Shown here in pieces: positions 1 to 10,724 of a stretch of 64,000 nucleotides of DNA. Every line of letters begins with the position of its first letter. Positions within the stretch are counted from its first letter, which is position 1. A model generated the notes under the pieces. That model worked only from the letters and a program-made list of their open reading frames with translations, made no database searches and had not been told where the DNA came from. A program made the translations under genes and the position numbers. Origin of the DNA: a virus (Duplodnaviria > Caudoviricetes); the IMG/VR virus record IMGVR_UViG_3300010376_000032, positions 13,173 to 77,172 of that record; one strand, given 5' to 3'.

Positions 1-1
1 C

Positions 2-334
2 CTCGCCGGACTGCTGAGCCAGGTCCATGGCCACATCGCTGACCTGATAGTTGCTGTGCATCTCCTGCGCCCGAGACATGAGGGGATGGTCCTCCGGCAG
101 GCCGACATGGACGTTGGCCTTGTCGCCCCATACCTGGAAGGCGCGGCCCACATCCTGGTAGCTGGCCAGGCTGGAGTCGCCACGCACCAGGTTCCGCATG
201 TCGGCTCGTAGAGATCCGGCTGCCTTCGTCGCCGCCGCCCTGACCTGCCGCTCGTTGAGCTTGCCGTATTGCTTTGCGGTTCTTTCCAACCTGCTGAGGT
301 CAGATTTATTGACGCAGCTAAATACGGAGGACAT
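2..334 (-). CDS. Partial hypothetical protein running off the window edge (possible tail-completion protein)
   Basis: ATG at 334 preceded by GAGGAG RBS; frame stays open to the edge (MSSVFSCVNKSDLSRLERTAKQYGK...); not in the ORF track. Confidence 0.6.
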   Translation of the reverse strand, partial: MSSVFSCVNKSDLSRLERTAKQYGKLNERQVRAAATKAAGSLRADMRNLVRGDSSLASYQDVGRAFQVWGDKANVHVGLPEDHPLMSRAQEMHSNYQVSDVAMDLAQQSGE

Positions 335-458
335 TTCTCCTCAGATCTGGGCGATTTTTCTGGCGATTACAGCTTGACCGGTGTTAGCGGACCGGATAGT
401 TGCAAGCGTAGGCCGGGGTGTCGCGTCCCCCTTTGTCACCCGAACATAGCCTTGGCTT

Positions 459-1589
459 GTGTCAATGACTGGTCCAGTCTCGGGCCTCCCGAACCCCTAC
501 GACATCACCGCGGGGCAACCTGGGCAGTACCCCGACACCGATCAGGGGCTGCCGTACCCACCCGTCGATCCTTCCTCGACGCAGCGCATCGCCCAGATGG
601 CGCGTCTGCGCCTACGGGATCTACCCCGGCCCTTCATCTGTCGCCAGGTGTGCTCCGGTGTGGCCTGGCGGTTTGAGCTTCCCGTGGAAAATGTGAGCGC
701 CGCCAATCTCCAGGTGGCGCTCACCGACACCACACCGGGGGGTACTACCAGCCCGGTACTGGGCACCGACTTCGTCCTCGATGAGCACGGCGGGGTGCTG
801 GTCTTCACCGAGGCGCCGAAGCAGGGCCTGCTCATGATGGCGCAGGGCACGTACTACCGGGATTTCCTACCCCCCGAGCTTGACCTCTACATCCGCGCCG
901 CCTACCTGCAGCACACCTACGGGACCGATCCGCCCGAGCAGATCGACGGCGGCTACCCCCCGGTCATGCCACCCCAACTCGGGACAACGGGGCAGCCCAT
1001 CACCTACGGCACCCCGGCGCCCATGACGCTCAACGAGGTGGAGGAGTATCCCGTCTCGATCCTGGTGGCGGTCATGGCGCTTTGGGATATCGCCACGGGC
1101 GTTGCCCAGCAACATGATGTGCATACCCCTGACGGCGTGACGATCCCCTTCGGCCAGATTTTCCAGCAACTCATGGCCATGATCAACGCCCTCCAGGCGC
1201 AGTACCAGGCGCTGTCGAGCGCCCTGGGCGTGGGCCTCTACCGGATCACCCAGAGCCGACTGCGGCGGGTGTCGCGGACGACGAAGCGGCTCGTCCCGAT
1301 CTACCGGTCGAAAGAGTATGACGATCTGACTTGGCCCCAGAGATCGCTCCCAGAGGTCGATGCCGTGGAACCGATCTACACCTACCAGGGGGCCTGGGAT
1401 GGAGGGACGGCGAACTGCCCCGCCCGGTCCTATGCCACCAATGACCTGGTCGACTACAAAAACCGGCGCTACGTATGCCTCCAGCCCAACACGAATATTG
1501 AGCCGGATCGCGACGTGGACCCATGTACGGGGTCGGGCTACTACTGGGCCTGGAGCACCATCAACACCGGATGGGTGGGTTGGTGGTGA
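459..1589 (+). CDS. Putative neck/head-tail adaptor with C-terminal CBM5/12-like module
   Basis: EEYPVSIL...PDGVTIP...RRVSRTTKRLVPIY resembles phage neck proteins; C-terminal YATNDLVDYKNRRYVCLQ resembles chitin-binding modules. Confidence 0.5.
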   Translation: MSMTGPVSGLPNPYDITAGQPGQYPDTDQGLPYPPVDPSSTQRIAQMARLRLRDLPRPFICRQVCSGVAWRFELPVENVSAANLQVALTDTTPGGTTSPVLGTDFVLDEHGGVLVFTEAPKQGLLMMAQGTYYRDFLPPELDLYIRAAYLQHTYGTDPPEQIDGGYPPVMPPQLGTTGQPITYGTPAPMTLNEVEEYPVSILVAVMALWDIATGVAQQHDVHTPDGVTIPFGQIFQQLMAMINALQAQYQALSSALGVGLYRITQSRLRRVSRTTKRLVPIYRSKEYDDLTWPQRSLPEVDAVEPIYTYQGAWDGGTANCPARSYATNDLVDYKNRRYVCLQPNTNIEPDRDVDPCTGSGYYWAWSTINTGWVGWW

Positions 1590-1659
1590 CGCGCTGGCAT
1601 TTCCGTTGGCGCTGTGAGGTAGCCGTCGCCATGCGCCGCCGTCGCTGCAGGAGGCTCTG

Positions 1660-2166
1660 ATGCCGATTTACACGCCAGGCTGGGAGCAGAAGAACCAGAT
1701 GATCCGCATGAACGAGGTCATGCGGAACTACCAGCGCTACTGGGGCGAGAACGTGCTGTGGTCGGAGTACGACGCTATGGCCTCCACCAAGAACAACGTC
1801 TACGACGAGGGGCCGAACCGCAACTGGTACGACCCGGTGGTCCTGCCCGTGTTCTTTCTCAGTTTTCGCCAGGACGATCCCATCGACTCCGATCAGGGCT
1901 TCTATGTCCTCTCCACCGCCCAGGTCACCTTCCAGGTCACCGAGGCCATGGACCGGTTCCGGATAAACCCGCTGTACACGGCCTCACACTTCCGTGACCG
2001 ATTTTCCTACGACAACATCGTGTATCGCGTCACCCGTTATGAGAAGCAAGGCTTCGTGCATGGCACCTACCTGACCATCTCGGCGCTGGGCGAGCAGGTC
2101 AAGGGTGAGGAAGTCGTCAACGACGCCCAGCAACAGGACTTCTTCGTTCAGACCCTGGTGTGGTGA
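1660..2166 (+). CDS. Putative head-closure/stopper-like structural protein
   Basis: 168 aa, follows the neck gene, beta-rich; GGAGG RBS upstream. Confidence 0.4.
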   Translation: MPIYTPGWEQKNQMIRMNEVMRNYQRYWGENVLWSEYDAMASTKNNVYDEGPNRNWYDPVVLPVFFLSFRQDDPIDSDQGFYVLSTAQVTFQVTEAMDRFRINPLYTASHFRDRFSYDNIVYRVTRYEKQGFVHGTYLTISALGEQVKGEEVVNDAQQQDFFVQTLVW

Positions 2167-2167
2167 T

Positions 2168-3070
2168 ATGGCTCGACTTCCAGTAACCGGCGGCGACGGC
2201 GAGGCGTGGGGGGACATCCTCAACCAGTATTTGCTCGTCGCTCACAATGCCGATGGCACCCAGGTAAACCCGGTCATCCTGAACCAGACCGTCACGGCCT
2301 CCGGCACCGTCACCGCTCCCTCCTGGGCCACCAAGGCTGAGGTCATCGTTGTCTCGGGGGGCTGTGGTGGAGGCGGTGCTGGAAGCGCTCTCACTTCTGG
2401 TGGCGTAACCGCTCAAGTAGGTGGGACAGGTGGCCTCTCAGGCAACTGCACGATCGCCATGTTCGGTCCTTTCACCGGGGGCCAGACCTTCACCGCGACC
2501 GTGGGAGCAGGGGGAACCGGTGGAGCGGGCGGCACAGCCAACGGCGGCGCCGGACAGGCGGGAAACCAGGGTGGTGACACCCGATTCCAGCAGGGATCGG
2601 GCTTCCTGGTAGATGCCGGTCTTGGAAGCTACGCCGCCGGTCACCCAGCAGGCATTCCTAGCTCTGGCAATAGCACCACCGCACCAACGGTGTACGCCAT
2701 TTGGTCACCATCCAGTGGTTGGACTCTCACCTGGGGTCCACCAATATGGGCTGGTGGATCCGGTGGCTACCCCGGTGGTCCCGCCATGTTGTATGTAGGT
2801 GGCGGCGGCGGTAGTGGTGCAGTTGCTACTGCCACACTTGGTGGAGGTGGTGGAAACGCTGGGTCGCTGGGAGGTGGCGGCGGTAGCAATAGCGGCGGCG
2901 GACATGCTGGGGCTGGCACTGGTCCTACCAGCAGTGGCTTAGCTGGACAGAACGGCACCGACCCCGGTTCCGGTGGAGGTGGTGGGGGCGGGGGCGCCCC
3001 GGGAGGGACGGGTGGCGCAGGTGGGAATGGTGGTCCAGGAATTATCTACATCAGGTGGTTTGCACAATGA
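2168..3070 (+). CDS. Glycine-rich virion/fibre-associated protein
   Basis: Start re-called at ATG 2168 (MARLPVTGGDGEAWGDILN); Gly-rich domain ending GGPGIIYIRW. Confidence 0.6.
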   Translation: MARLPVTGGDGEAWGDILNQYLLVAHNADGTQVNPVILNQTVTASGTVTAPSWATKAEVIVVSGGCGGGGAGSALTSGGVTAQVGGTGGLSGNCTIAMFGPFTGGQTFTATVGAGGTGGAGGTANGGAGQAGNQGGDTRFQQGSGFLVDAGLGSYAAGHPAGIPSSGNSTTAPTVYAIWSPSSGWTLTWGPPIWAGGSGGYPGGPAMLYVGGGGGSGAVATATLGGGGGNAGSLGGGGGSNSGGGHAGAGTGPTSSGLAGQNGTDPGSGGGGGGGGAPGGTGGAGGNGGPGIIYIRWFAQ

Positions 3071-3261
3071 GCCTCAATCACTGGGCAGTAATCGAGAGCG
3101 ACACCATCACCAACGTGGTCATCTGCGAGGACGCCACCTACGGCAACGATCAAGGTTGGATGGAGTTGGAGGGCAAGGATCCCATGCCCTGGATGGGGTG
3201 GACCCTGGTCGATGGCGTCTGGACTCCACCGCCCCCACCTGAAGAACCACCAACGGCGTAG
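3067..3261 (+). CDS. Small partner/chaperone of Gly-rich fibre protein
   Basis: ATGA overlap; HWAVIESDTITNVVIC...GWTLVDGVWTPP resembles small proteins that follow Gly-rich fibre domains. Confidence 0.55.
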   Translation: MSLNHWAVIESDTITNVVICEDATYGNDQGWMELEGKDPMPWMGWTLVDGVWTPPPPPEEPPTA

Positions 3262-3263
3262 AT

Positions 3264-3719
3264 ATGCCTCTCACCCTCTACGACTTCTACCTCGACGCCT
3301 GGGCCGACTGGCAGCGCACCATCCGCCTGCGCGATCCCAATACCAACGAGCTTGTGCCGCTCTCGGCCGCGCTCATGGAGATCCGCAACACCAACGGCGT
3401 GCTGGCCATGCGCCTCGACCAGGTCAGCAGCCGCTGCGTGATCGGGCCGGACGGCGCCTCGATCCTGCTGCACATCCCTGCCGAGGACAGCTATACCACC
3501 TTCCACTACGGCAGCTACCCGGGCGCCGTACAGGCCGTAGGCATCTGGGGCATCGGGCGGGCCTACATGTACGACCTCTTCGCCACCTATACCAGCACGG
3601 GCGCACAGGTCCGGATACTGCGCGGTTGGTTCCATGTAGACCCGAATATCTCCATGCCCGCCGGGGCGGGGCCGGTTACACCGGGAGCGCCATCGCCCTA
3701 CGCGGCTAACACCTCGTAA
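3264..3719 (+). CDS. Beta-sandwich fibre-anchoring protein (LtfC-like)
   Basis: [11 protein letters not shown]...ALMEIR...YMYDL...RILRG pattern, located before fibre genes. Confidence 0.45.
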   Translation: MPLTLYDFYLDAWADWQRTIRLRDPNTNELVPLSAALMEIRNTNGVLAMRLDQVSSRCVIGPDGASILLHIPAEDSYTTFHYGSYPGAVQAVGIWGIGRAYMYDLFATYTSTGAQVRILRGWFHVDPNISMPAGAGPVTPGAPSPYAANTS

Positions 3720-3727
3720 GGAGCCTG

Positions 3728-4783
3728 ATGTCCACCATCTCGACCCCCACCGAAGACATCATCGAGATCCTGGAGTCAGGTATGCCGGGGCCTGCCGGTC
3801 CCGCAGGGCCGCAGGGGCCAGGCGGGGTGCAGGGTCCGGTCGGCCTGCCAGGCCCAGTCGGTCCCAGTGGTCCCCAGGGGCCTCCAGGCGGCTTTGTTAT
3901 CGCCCGGGTGGTACCAGACACCTCGTACCTACCTGCCGTGCCTGCCAACGCCGACATGGGAAAGGTGTGGCTGGTCGGGACCACCACCTATATCGTCCAC
4001 TTCTACGACCCAGTGACCGGCTGGATGACGCTGAACATCGCGGCCGGTCCCCAAGGACCACCAGGCGCCAACGGCGCCATGGGCGGGCAGGGTATCCAGG
4101 GAGCCACCGGGCCAATCGGACCGCAAGGACCGGTCGGGGCTACCGGGGCCACGGGCGGCATGGAGCAACTGATCCCGCCGTCATGGATAGACGCCACTCC
4201 ACTGGTAGTGGCACCTTGGAAAGTGATCCCAGGTTCCAGCGCCGCCTACATGATTGACGGCTGGGGCCGGTGCCAACTGACCGGAGAGATCTACTACCCA
4301 GGCGGCAATCCTCCTGACGGGTCGATCTTCTTCTCCTTGCCCGAGGGCACGAACCCACCCCAGAACGCGGTGCTGCCCGTGGTCGAGGACGTGATCCCGC
4401 CGCGCATGTACCGCGTCGATGTTTGCTACGACGGCAATATCCGCCTGCGCTGGCCAACGCAGAACTCCACCGGACAACTCTTCCTCGACAACATCTCCTG
4501 GATGACACAGCAACAGGGCATCCTGGAGCCACCGCCTCAGCCCCAGCCACCGCCTAACCCGGTCATCTACGGCTTCACACTGGGCAACCCCACCCCGGCA
4601 GGCTCGCCGTACACCATCACCCACAACATCGGCACCACCGATGTCATCGTCCAGGTCTACGACCTCGTGACCTACCACATAGTCGAGGTGGGGGTGATCA
4701 TCGTGAACCAGAACAGCATCCAGATAACCGTCGATGCCCCGGTGCCGCATGCCTTGCGAATCGTAATCAGTGGAGCGCCATAA
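3728..4783 (+). CDS. Collagen-like (GXY) fibre protein
   Basis: Two G-X-Y tracts; C-terminal [16 protein letters not shown] motif. Confidence 0.7.
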   Translation: MSTISTPTEDIIEILESGMPGPAGPAGPQGPGGVQGPVGLPGPVGPSGPQGPPGGFVIARVVPDTSYLPAVPANADMGKVWLVGTTTYIVHFYDPVTGWMTLNIAAGPQGPPGANGAMGGQGIQGATGPIGPQGPVGATGATGGMEQLIPPSWIDATPLVVAPWKVIPGSSAAYMIDGWGRCQLTGEIYYPGGNPPDGSIFFSLPEGTNPPQNAVLPVVEDVIPPRMYRVDVCYDGNIRLRWPTQNSTGQLFLDNISWMTQQQGILEPPPQPQPPPNPVIYGFTLGNPTPAGSPYTITHNIGTTDVIVQVYDLVTYHIVEVGVIIVNQNSIQITVDAPVPHALRIVISGAP

Positions 4784-7700
4784 TGCCGATCGAGCGGTAC
4801 ATCAACACCGAGTACGCCGGAACCAACACCACTGTCCTTCCCTTCGGAACCGAAGTAGTAGGTGATACCAACTTCCGCTTCTCCCTGACTTCGGAGGGTG
4901 ACCTGACCTGGGGAACGGGCACCGCACCAGGTGACACCACTCTGAGCCGCCTGGCAGGAGGCGGACTAACAATCGGGCCGTCGCTCACTGTGGCAGGCCC
5001 CACCACCCTCAACGGGAATGCAAGCATCTCCGGTTCGCTTACCGCGGGGAACACCACAGTCGGCGGGACACTGTCGGCTAGTGGAGCAACATCTCTGGCC
5101 AACACCACGATCACCGGAGCGCTTTCAGTCAGCGGAGCCGTCTCGGTTGGATCGGTCACCCCACCACTCACCATCACGGCTGCCGCTGCCGCCACCACTA
5201 CCTGGCAAACCAAAGTCACCGGAGACACCCAGCAGCGATTCATCATGACCGCTGGCGGCAACCTGTCCTGGGGACCGGGCGGATCCACTGCCCCCAACGC
5301 CCAGATCTATACCGACGCTAGCGGGCTGCTGTACTACCGAGGACCGACTGGGAACATCGGGGGACTGGACATCCAGCGGGGCTATGCAGTTCTGCGCGGC
5401 CAGGCAGCCACCTACGCCACTCTTCAGTTCACCGCTCTCGACAGCACCACCATGGCGGGCTACATCGCCAACGACGGTGGCGTCTTCTACCTGCAGGGCA
5501 ACGCCGCCAACTCCCAGCGATTCATGGTGGCATCCAACAATACGGGTGGATCATTAGTCGAACATCACGCTCCGGCCTCTGTTCCTTTCACCATCCAGGC
5601 TGCGCCCAGCCAGAGCGCCGACACCTTCGACATCAAGAACAGCGCCGGGACCAAGCTCAGTTGGTTCGACAGCACTGGTCAGTACAACCAGCCCGCCGAT
5701 ACTGCTCTCACCGTGGGTCATCTCCAGCTTGGCGACAGCACCACCTACGGCTGGGGGTCCATCAGCACTACCGACAACCGGCGCCTCGTCATCAGCAACG
5801 TCAACGCCGTCCAGATCTACAACCCCGTTTCCATCTTCAACGCTACGGCTGGCAGCAATGCTCTTCTGGTTCAGGGGGCGGCGAGCCAGACGGGTGATCT
5901 GCTCCAGATACAGAACAACAGCAGCAACATCTTGGCAGGCTTCGGCAGCAACGGGCGGCTTTATCTGAACAACACCGTCGCCAGCACCGTCCCCTTCACC
6001 ATCAACCTGGCTGCCAGTCAATCCGGCGATGCCTTCCAGGTGTACAACAGCACCCCCAGCAAAATGACCTGGATCGACAGTGCCGGTGCAATTTGGGGTG
6101 GTGCCCTGAACATCAAGTCAAACGGCATCCTGTCGCTGTGGCCTTACAACAACCAGGCCATCCAGATCATGTACCTCAACAACTGGGTGGACACCCAAGC
6201 TGGCCTCAGTTTCTACCTGGCCGACAAGATCCAGTTCTTCGGAAACCTGGGTGTGCCTATTGGTCGCGTCGGCTGGTCCACCGCTGGCTTTGCCATCTTC
6301 GCCGGAACCTACAGCCTGGCCAACGAGCCGGTCCCGGTGGGCGTTCTCGATGTGATCGGCGGTCCCTCCTACAACAAGATCATGCTCCGAATCGTGGGCA
6401 GCAGCGCCCAGACGACAGATCTGACCCAGTGGCAGAACTCCTCCAACACCGTCCTGGGCGGCATTAACGCCACTGGACAGCAGTATCTGGGCGCAGTCGG
6501 CTCCTTCGGCGGGGGCGTCGGCCCCATGATATTCCTGGGTAATGACGGTACCGATCCCGGTGGCGCGGTGTCAGGTGGCAGCGTTCTCTTCAGCAACGGC
6601 ACTACCGCCCTGACCGTCAAGGCTCCTGCGGACTCTCGCTTCTGGATGAAGCGGGGAGCCACCGGAGACTCGGCGGTATGGCTGGGAGGCGACGGGAACA
6701 ACGGCGACAGCATCATCAACCTGTTCCGTGGCGGTGGTCAGAACGAAGACATGCGACTCGCTGCGGCGGCGGGCGGATCCACCGGCCAGAACAACGTCTA
6801 TCTGATCGACCGCATCAGCGGGTCTGTCGCCACCGGACGGGATCTGCTGTATCGCTACGCCTCTGACGGCGGCACTACCTATACCAACCAGTTGCGTCTG
6901 CAGGGAGCAAACGCGGGTGGCACAATCATCGCCTACCAGCCTGCCAGCGCTGACATCGTCCAATATCAGAACTCGGCTGGCTCTGCCAACCTGGCGGGAA
7001 TAACCAATCTTGGTGGCAGGTATGGGCCGACACTGGTACTGACGAACCTGGTCGCGGCTACGGTCCCGCTCACCATCAACCTCGCCGCCAGCCAAAGCGG
7101 TCACGCCTTTGACATCAAGGACAGCGGCGGGAACAGCCGACTCTACCTGGACAGCAACTGGGTGCTAGGAGGTGGCGACCCTACCTACGGTGCCTTGATC
7201 CTGAATGGCTATGGAGGTGGCGGTGTCTACATGCAGACCTCTGGAACCATGACCGGCAGGGTCTACAACGGAACCGGCTGGAGTGACAGCGTCACAGGCG
7301 CTCATTTGGAACTCGGCGCAGCGGGAGGGTACGCACAAGTCGAGGCTGTATTTGGGGCCGCACTGGCCCGGTTTGGCATCGCCTCAGCCGGAACCACGAT
7401 CTATGACGGTGGCAGCTATAGCTCGATCACACCGCCGACAGCGCTTGTGGACGTGGTACTCAACACGGCCTCCAAGGTAGGGCTGAATATCACGGGGGCA
7501 GCCAGCCCGAGCGCCGATCTCTTCAGGATCCGCAACAACGCTGGTCAGATCATGTACGGCGTCAATAGTGCCGGGACGTTCTACGCATCCGCTCAGCCGA
7601 TGAACATACAGGCGGGCACCGACATCCAGATGTGGAGTCGGAGCAATCAGGTCATGTACTTCAACGGTTCCATCGCAACGTGGTCCGATTCTGTCACTGG

Positions 7701-9834
7701 ATCACGGCTTGATTTGGGTGCCGGTTCTGGACTGGTGCTTGACGCACAATCCGGTGGCTCCATCCCGCGGCTGGGGATCATAACCAACGGGATGATCATC
7801 ACCAGCGGTGTGGCTCCCACCACGATAACCCCACCGGCTGCGTTACTCGATGTAGTCAGTGGCGGCAACGTGGTAACCCTGAGGGCCAAGATGACCGCCG
7901 GTCAGACTGTCGACGCCTTCGACATCGTGAACAGCGCCGGGACTGCCATCACAAAGGTTGGTTCTGCGGGCACGCTCTCCATTCCCAGTGTGGCAGCGCA
8001 ATCTGCTCCCATGTTGACCTTGGGTGATCCGGCTGGACTAGGCAACGGTGGGATCAACTTCTACAGCTACAACGGTGTACTGACCCAGATGTACCCTGGC
8101 CAAAATCTGGCCGGTGCCAACGCTAGTGGCTACTTCACGCTTCAGACCGCAGCAGGCCAAGCATTCGTCATCAACTCCCCTCTAACATATCTGAGTTCAG
8201 GGAATCTCCAGATCAACCCCGCGGCCTCCGGACCCGCCATCTATGTCAACGGCAACAATGCGGTCCAGTTCAATGCCGCGGGACAGGGGCAAGCCTTCAA
8301 CTGGAGCAATGGACAACTACTGCTGACAGCCGCATCGGCCACCACTGTTCCCTTCGCTATCAAGGCCGCGACCAGCCAGACCGCTGATCTCCAGCAGTGG
8401 TACAACAGCGGTAACCAAAACGTAGTGCGAGTCACAGCCGCTGGGGATATCGGCTATGTCATCGCCAACTATTTGAGCTTCGTGGATAACAACGCTGCCA
8501 ACTTGATGCGGTTACAGACCTGGCCCGCCGGGGCCTGGACCGATAATCAGACTGCGACGCTTGTGTCGCTGGGTACCGCCGCCAGTGGGTATGCCTGGAT
8601 AAACGGTACAGGTGGCACCAATCTCACCCGCCTGGGCCTGAACGTCGGTGTAGTGCATATCACCACCGCGCAATACCCATCGGCTGCTCCTCCGACAGCC
8701 GGGTACCGGCTTCAGGTGGACGGCAACATTCTTGCCCAGAGTGAAACCATAATTCCTCCGGCTGCCACCACCATACCCCTCACCCTCCAGGGCGCAGCCA
8801 GCCAGAGCGCTGACCTCTTCGACATCAAGAACAGCGCAGCCGCAGTTCTGGCTGGGTTTGATTCCACGGGCCGTCCCTTCGTGGGAGCTACACCGTCTTG
8901 GGGTGGCGGCACCGGCCCCATGATGTTCGTGGGCAACGACACCGCGGACCCAAGCACCAACCCTACGAGTGGGACGATCCTCTTCTCGTCAGCAGGAGTA
9001 CTCAAGGCCCGCACCCCAGATGGCACGGTGACACAGATCGCACCCGCAGCGCTGCGACTGTCAACGGTCAAGGTCACGGCCACCGGGGCGAACTCAGTTA
9101 CGGTGCCCTCCTGGGCCACCGTGGCCGATGTAATCCTGGTAGGTGGTGGTGGGGGCGGCGGGGGCGGTGGTGCAGCCGCTCTGACCGGTGGCGTGACCAC
9201 ACAGACAGGTGGTGCCGGTGGTGGTGCGGGCGGCGATCTGCATGTGGTTGTCACCGTTGTCCCCAACGACACCTTGACCGTCACCATTGGGGCGGGAGGC
9301 ACGGCTGGCACGGGTGGTGCGGCTAGTTCCGGTTCAACCGGTAACGCGGGCAATCTTGGCGGGGGCGGCGGCAACTCCTCCATCACCGGCAGCGGCGTCA
9401 ACTATTCCGTTTCGGGGGCTGGGCCAGGACGGGCCGGTGGCGCCAACACCACCACCGCCAGCAACGCTGGCGTGAAGGGGACAAACGCCAATGGAGCCAA
9501 CGCCACCATCCTGTACGGACAAGGCACCGGCTCCATATCCGGTGCCGTGCCGATCGCGGGAGGCCCTGGCCCCTACTCCGCAGGCGGGGGTGCCGGTGGT
9601 GTCATCGCCAACGCCACCAACGGCGGTGTCGGCGGCGCCCCTGGCACGTTCGTGGGCCAGACCCAGGTCGGCCAGGCTCAGACTGGAACGGCCACCGGAG
9701 GAAACTCAGTTGATGCTGCTCCTAACACCGGAGCCGGGGGTGGAGGCGGTGGCGGCGGGGCACCAGGAGGTGCTGGCGGTAATGGTGGGGCCGGAGGTTC
9801 CGGCTTCGCAGTTATCACCTTCAGATCGATATGA
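4783..9834 (+). CDS. Large modular tail fibre/receptor-binding protein (1683 aa)
   Basis: About 10 copies of a P[FL]TI-x-AASQSADLFDIKNS-like repeat; C-terminal Gly-rich domain paralogous to 2168..3070. Confidence 0.7.
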   Translation: MPIERYINTEYAGTNTTVLPFGTEVVGDTNFRFSLTSEGDLTWGTGTAPGDTTLSRLAGGGLTIGPSLTVAGPTTLNGNASISGSLTAGNTTVGGTLSASGATSLANTTITGALSVSGAVSVGSVTPPLTITAAAAATTTWQTKVTGDTQQRFIMTAGGNLSWGPGGSTAPNAQIYTDASGLLYYRGPTGNIGGLDIQRGYAVLRGQAATYATLQFTALDSTTMAGYIANDGGVFYLQGNAANSQRFMVASNNTGGSLVEHHAPASVPFTIQAAPSQSADTFDIKNSAGTKLSWFDSTGQYNQPADTALTVGHLQLGDSTTYGWGSISTTDNRRLVISNVNAVQIYNPVSIFNATAGSNALLVQGAASQTGDLLQIQNNSSNILAGFGSNGRLYLNNTVASTVPFTINLAASQSGDAFQVYNSTPSKMTWIDSAGAIWGGALNIKSNGILSLWPYNNQAIQIMYLNNWVDTQAGLSFYLADKIQFFGNLGVPIGRVGWSTAGFAIFAGTYSLANEPVPVGVLDVIGGPSYNKIMLRIVGSSAQTTDLTQWQNSSNTVLGGINATGQQYLGAVGSFGGGVGPMIFLGNDGTDPGGAVSGGSVLFSNGTTALTVKAPADSRFWMKRGATGDSAVWLGGDGNNGDSIINLFRGGGQNEDMRLAAAAGGSTGQNNVYLIDRISGSVATGRDLLYRYASDGGTTYTNQLRLQGANAGGTIIAYQPASADIVQYQNSAGSANLAGITNLGGRYGPTLVLTNLVAATVPLTINLAASQSGHAFDIKDSGGNSRLYLDSNWVLGGGDPTYGALILNGYGGGGVYMQTSGTMTGRVYNGTGWSDSVTGAHLELGAAGGYAQVEAVFGAALARFGIASAGTTIYDGGSYSSITPPTALVDVVLNTASKVGLNITGAASPSADLFRIRNNAGQIMYGVNSAGTFYASAQPMNIQAGTDIQMWSRSNQVMYFNGSIATWSDSVTGSRLDLGAGSGLVLDAQSGGSIPRLGIITNGMIITSGVAPTTITPPAALLDVVSGGNVVTLRAKMTAGQTVDAFDIVNSAGTAITKVGSAGTLSIPSVAAQSAPMLTLGDPAGLGNGGINFYSYNGVLTQMYPGQNLAGANASGYFTLQTAAGQAFVINSPLTYLSSGNLQINPAASGPAIYVNGNNAVQFNAAGQGQAFNWSNGQLLLTAASATTVPFAIKAATSQTADLQQWYNSGNQNVVRVTAAGDIGYVIANYLSFVDNNAANLMRLQTWPAGAWTDNQTATLVSLGTAASGYAWINGTGGTNLTRLGLNVGVVHITTAQYPSAAPPTAGYRLQVDGNILAQSETIIPPAATTIPLTLQGAASQSADLFDIKNSAAAVLAGFDSTGRPFVGATPSWGGGTGPMMFVGNDTADPSTNPTSGTILFSSAGVLKARTPDGTVTQIAPAALRLSTVKVTATGANSVTVPSWATVADVILVGGGGGGGGGGAAALTGGVTTQTGGAGGGAGGDLHVVVTVVPNDTLTVTIGAGGTAGTGGAASSGSTGNAGNLGGGGGNSSITGSGVNYSVSGAGPGRAGGANTTTASNAGVKGTNANGANATILYGQGTGSISGAVPIAGGPGPYSAGGGAGGVIANATNGGVGGAPGTFVGQTQVGQAQTGTATGGNSVDAAPNTGAGGGGGGGGAPGGAGGNGGAGGSGFAVITFRSI

Positions 9835-9847
9835 GCAAAGGAGAACA

Positions 9848-10117
9848 ATGGCAATTGAATATCAAGTCCTGACCGAGGAGCAGCAGCAGCAAGCCCAGAT
9901 CGCCAGACTGGGTCAACTGGAGGCTGAGCATTACTCGGTAGGACTACGCCTGACCGAAGTAGATGCCACCATCAGCGAACTGGAGGCCATCACGGATCCT
10001 AATGACGCCCAGACCGCGGCCCTGGAGGCGTATAAGTCCGAGCAGCAGCAGCTATTAGTATCGCAAAAGGAACTGGAGAGCGCGATCCTGACCAACCAGA
10101 GCCAGACCGCACCGTAG
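9848..10117 (+). CDS. Coiled-coil protein, possible fibre chaperone
   Basis: AAGGAG RBS, ATG 9848; helical Q/E-rich 89 aa directly after the fibre gene. Confidence 0.55.
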   Translation: MAIEYQVLTEEQQQQAQIARLGQLEAEHYSVGLRLTEVDATISELEAITDPNDAQTAALEAYKSEQQQLLVSQKELESAILTNQSQTAP

Positions 10118-10135
10118 CCGGAAAGGAAGATGTAA

Positions 10136-10333
10136 GTGGCTGATACACGAATGCGGGTGGTGGGCTGGAACGTCCAGCCCGTCCTCATGGCCGATGACGG
10201 CGACAACCTGACCCAGGTACCCGTTCAGGCCACCATGATCCCCAACGCCCAGTGGAAGGACTTCAAAGAGGGCGGCGACGAGCAGGCCCTGGAACAACTA
10301 CGTCAAGAGATCGAAGGAGAGATCGCCAAATGA
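10136..10333 (+). CDS. Small acidic hypothetical protein
   Basis: 65 aa, in operon. Confidence 0.55.
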   Translation: MADTRMRVVGWNVQPVLMADDGDNLTQVPVQATMIPNAQWKDFKEGGDEQALEQLRQEIEGEIAK

Positions 10334-10500
10334 GCACCACCGAACCCCCTGCCCCTGAACCCGAACCCCAGAGGGGCATCGAGACTGAGAAGTCCGCTGA
10401 GGTGACCACCGAGGAAGGCACCCAGATCACCCACGCCGAGCAGACCGGAGTCGAGTTCCCATCCGATGAGACGGAGGCGGCGCCTCCCGAAGACGCATGA
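10330..10500 (+). CDS. Small acidic disordered protein
   Basis: ATGA overlaps at both ends; MSTTEPPAPEPE... Confidence 0.5.
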   Translation: MSTTEPPAPEPEPQRGIETEKSAEVTTEEGTQITHAEQTGVEFPSDETEAAPPEDA

Positions 10501-10724
10501 CAGACATAGATCAACCAGAAGGCCCGATCAGCAACGCCCCCCACATGAACCCTGATGATGTGCGGGGGCCAAACGGCGAGGAACTGGAGTGGCCCGAGCC
10601 ACAGGACGATCCTGAGGACTGGGTCGAGCAGGGGGAATCGGACTACAACGACGGCACGCCTGGCGCGCTGGCAGAGGGGGAGGAAGGCAAGAAGTCAGGA
10701 AAAAGATTGAGCCTGGAGGGCTAA
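10497..10724 (+). CDS. Small acidic disordered protein
   Basis: ATGA overlap; stop directly abuts the endolysin ATG. Confidence 0.55.
   Translation: MTDIDQPEGPISNAPHMNPDDVRGPNGEELEWPEPQDDPEDWVEQGESDYNDGTPGALAEGEEGKKSGKRLSLEG

Noticed and set aside
2168-9834. Diversity-generating retroelement (TR/VR pair between Gly-rich domains)
   Set aside because: The paralogs are diverged throughout, not only at adenines, and there is no reverse transcriptase in the window.
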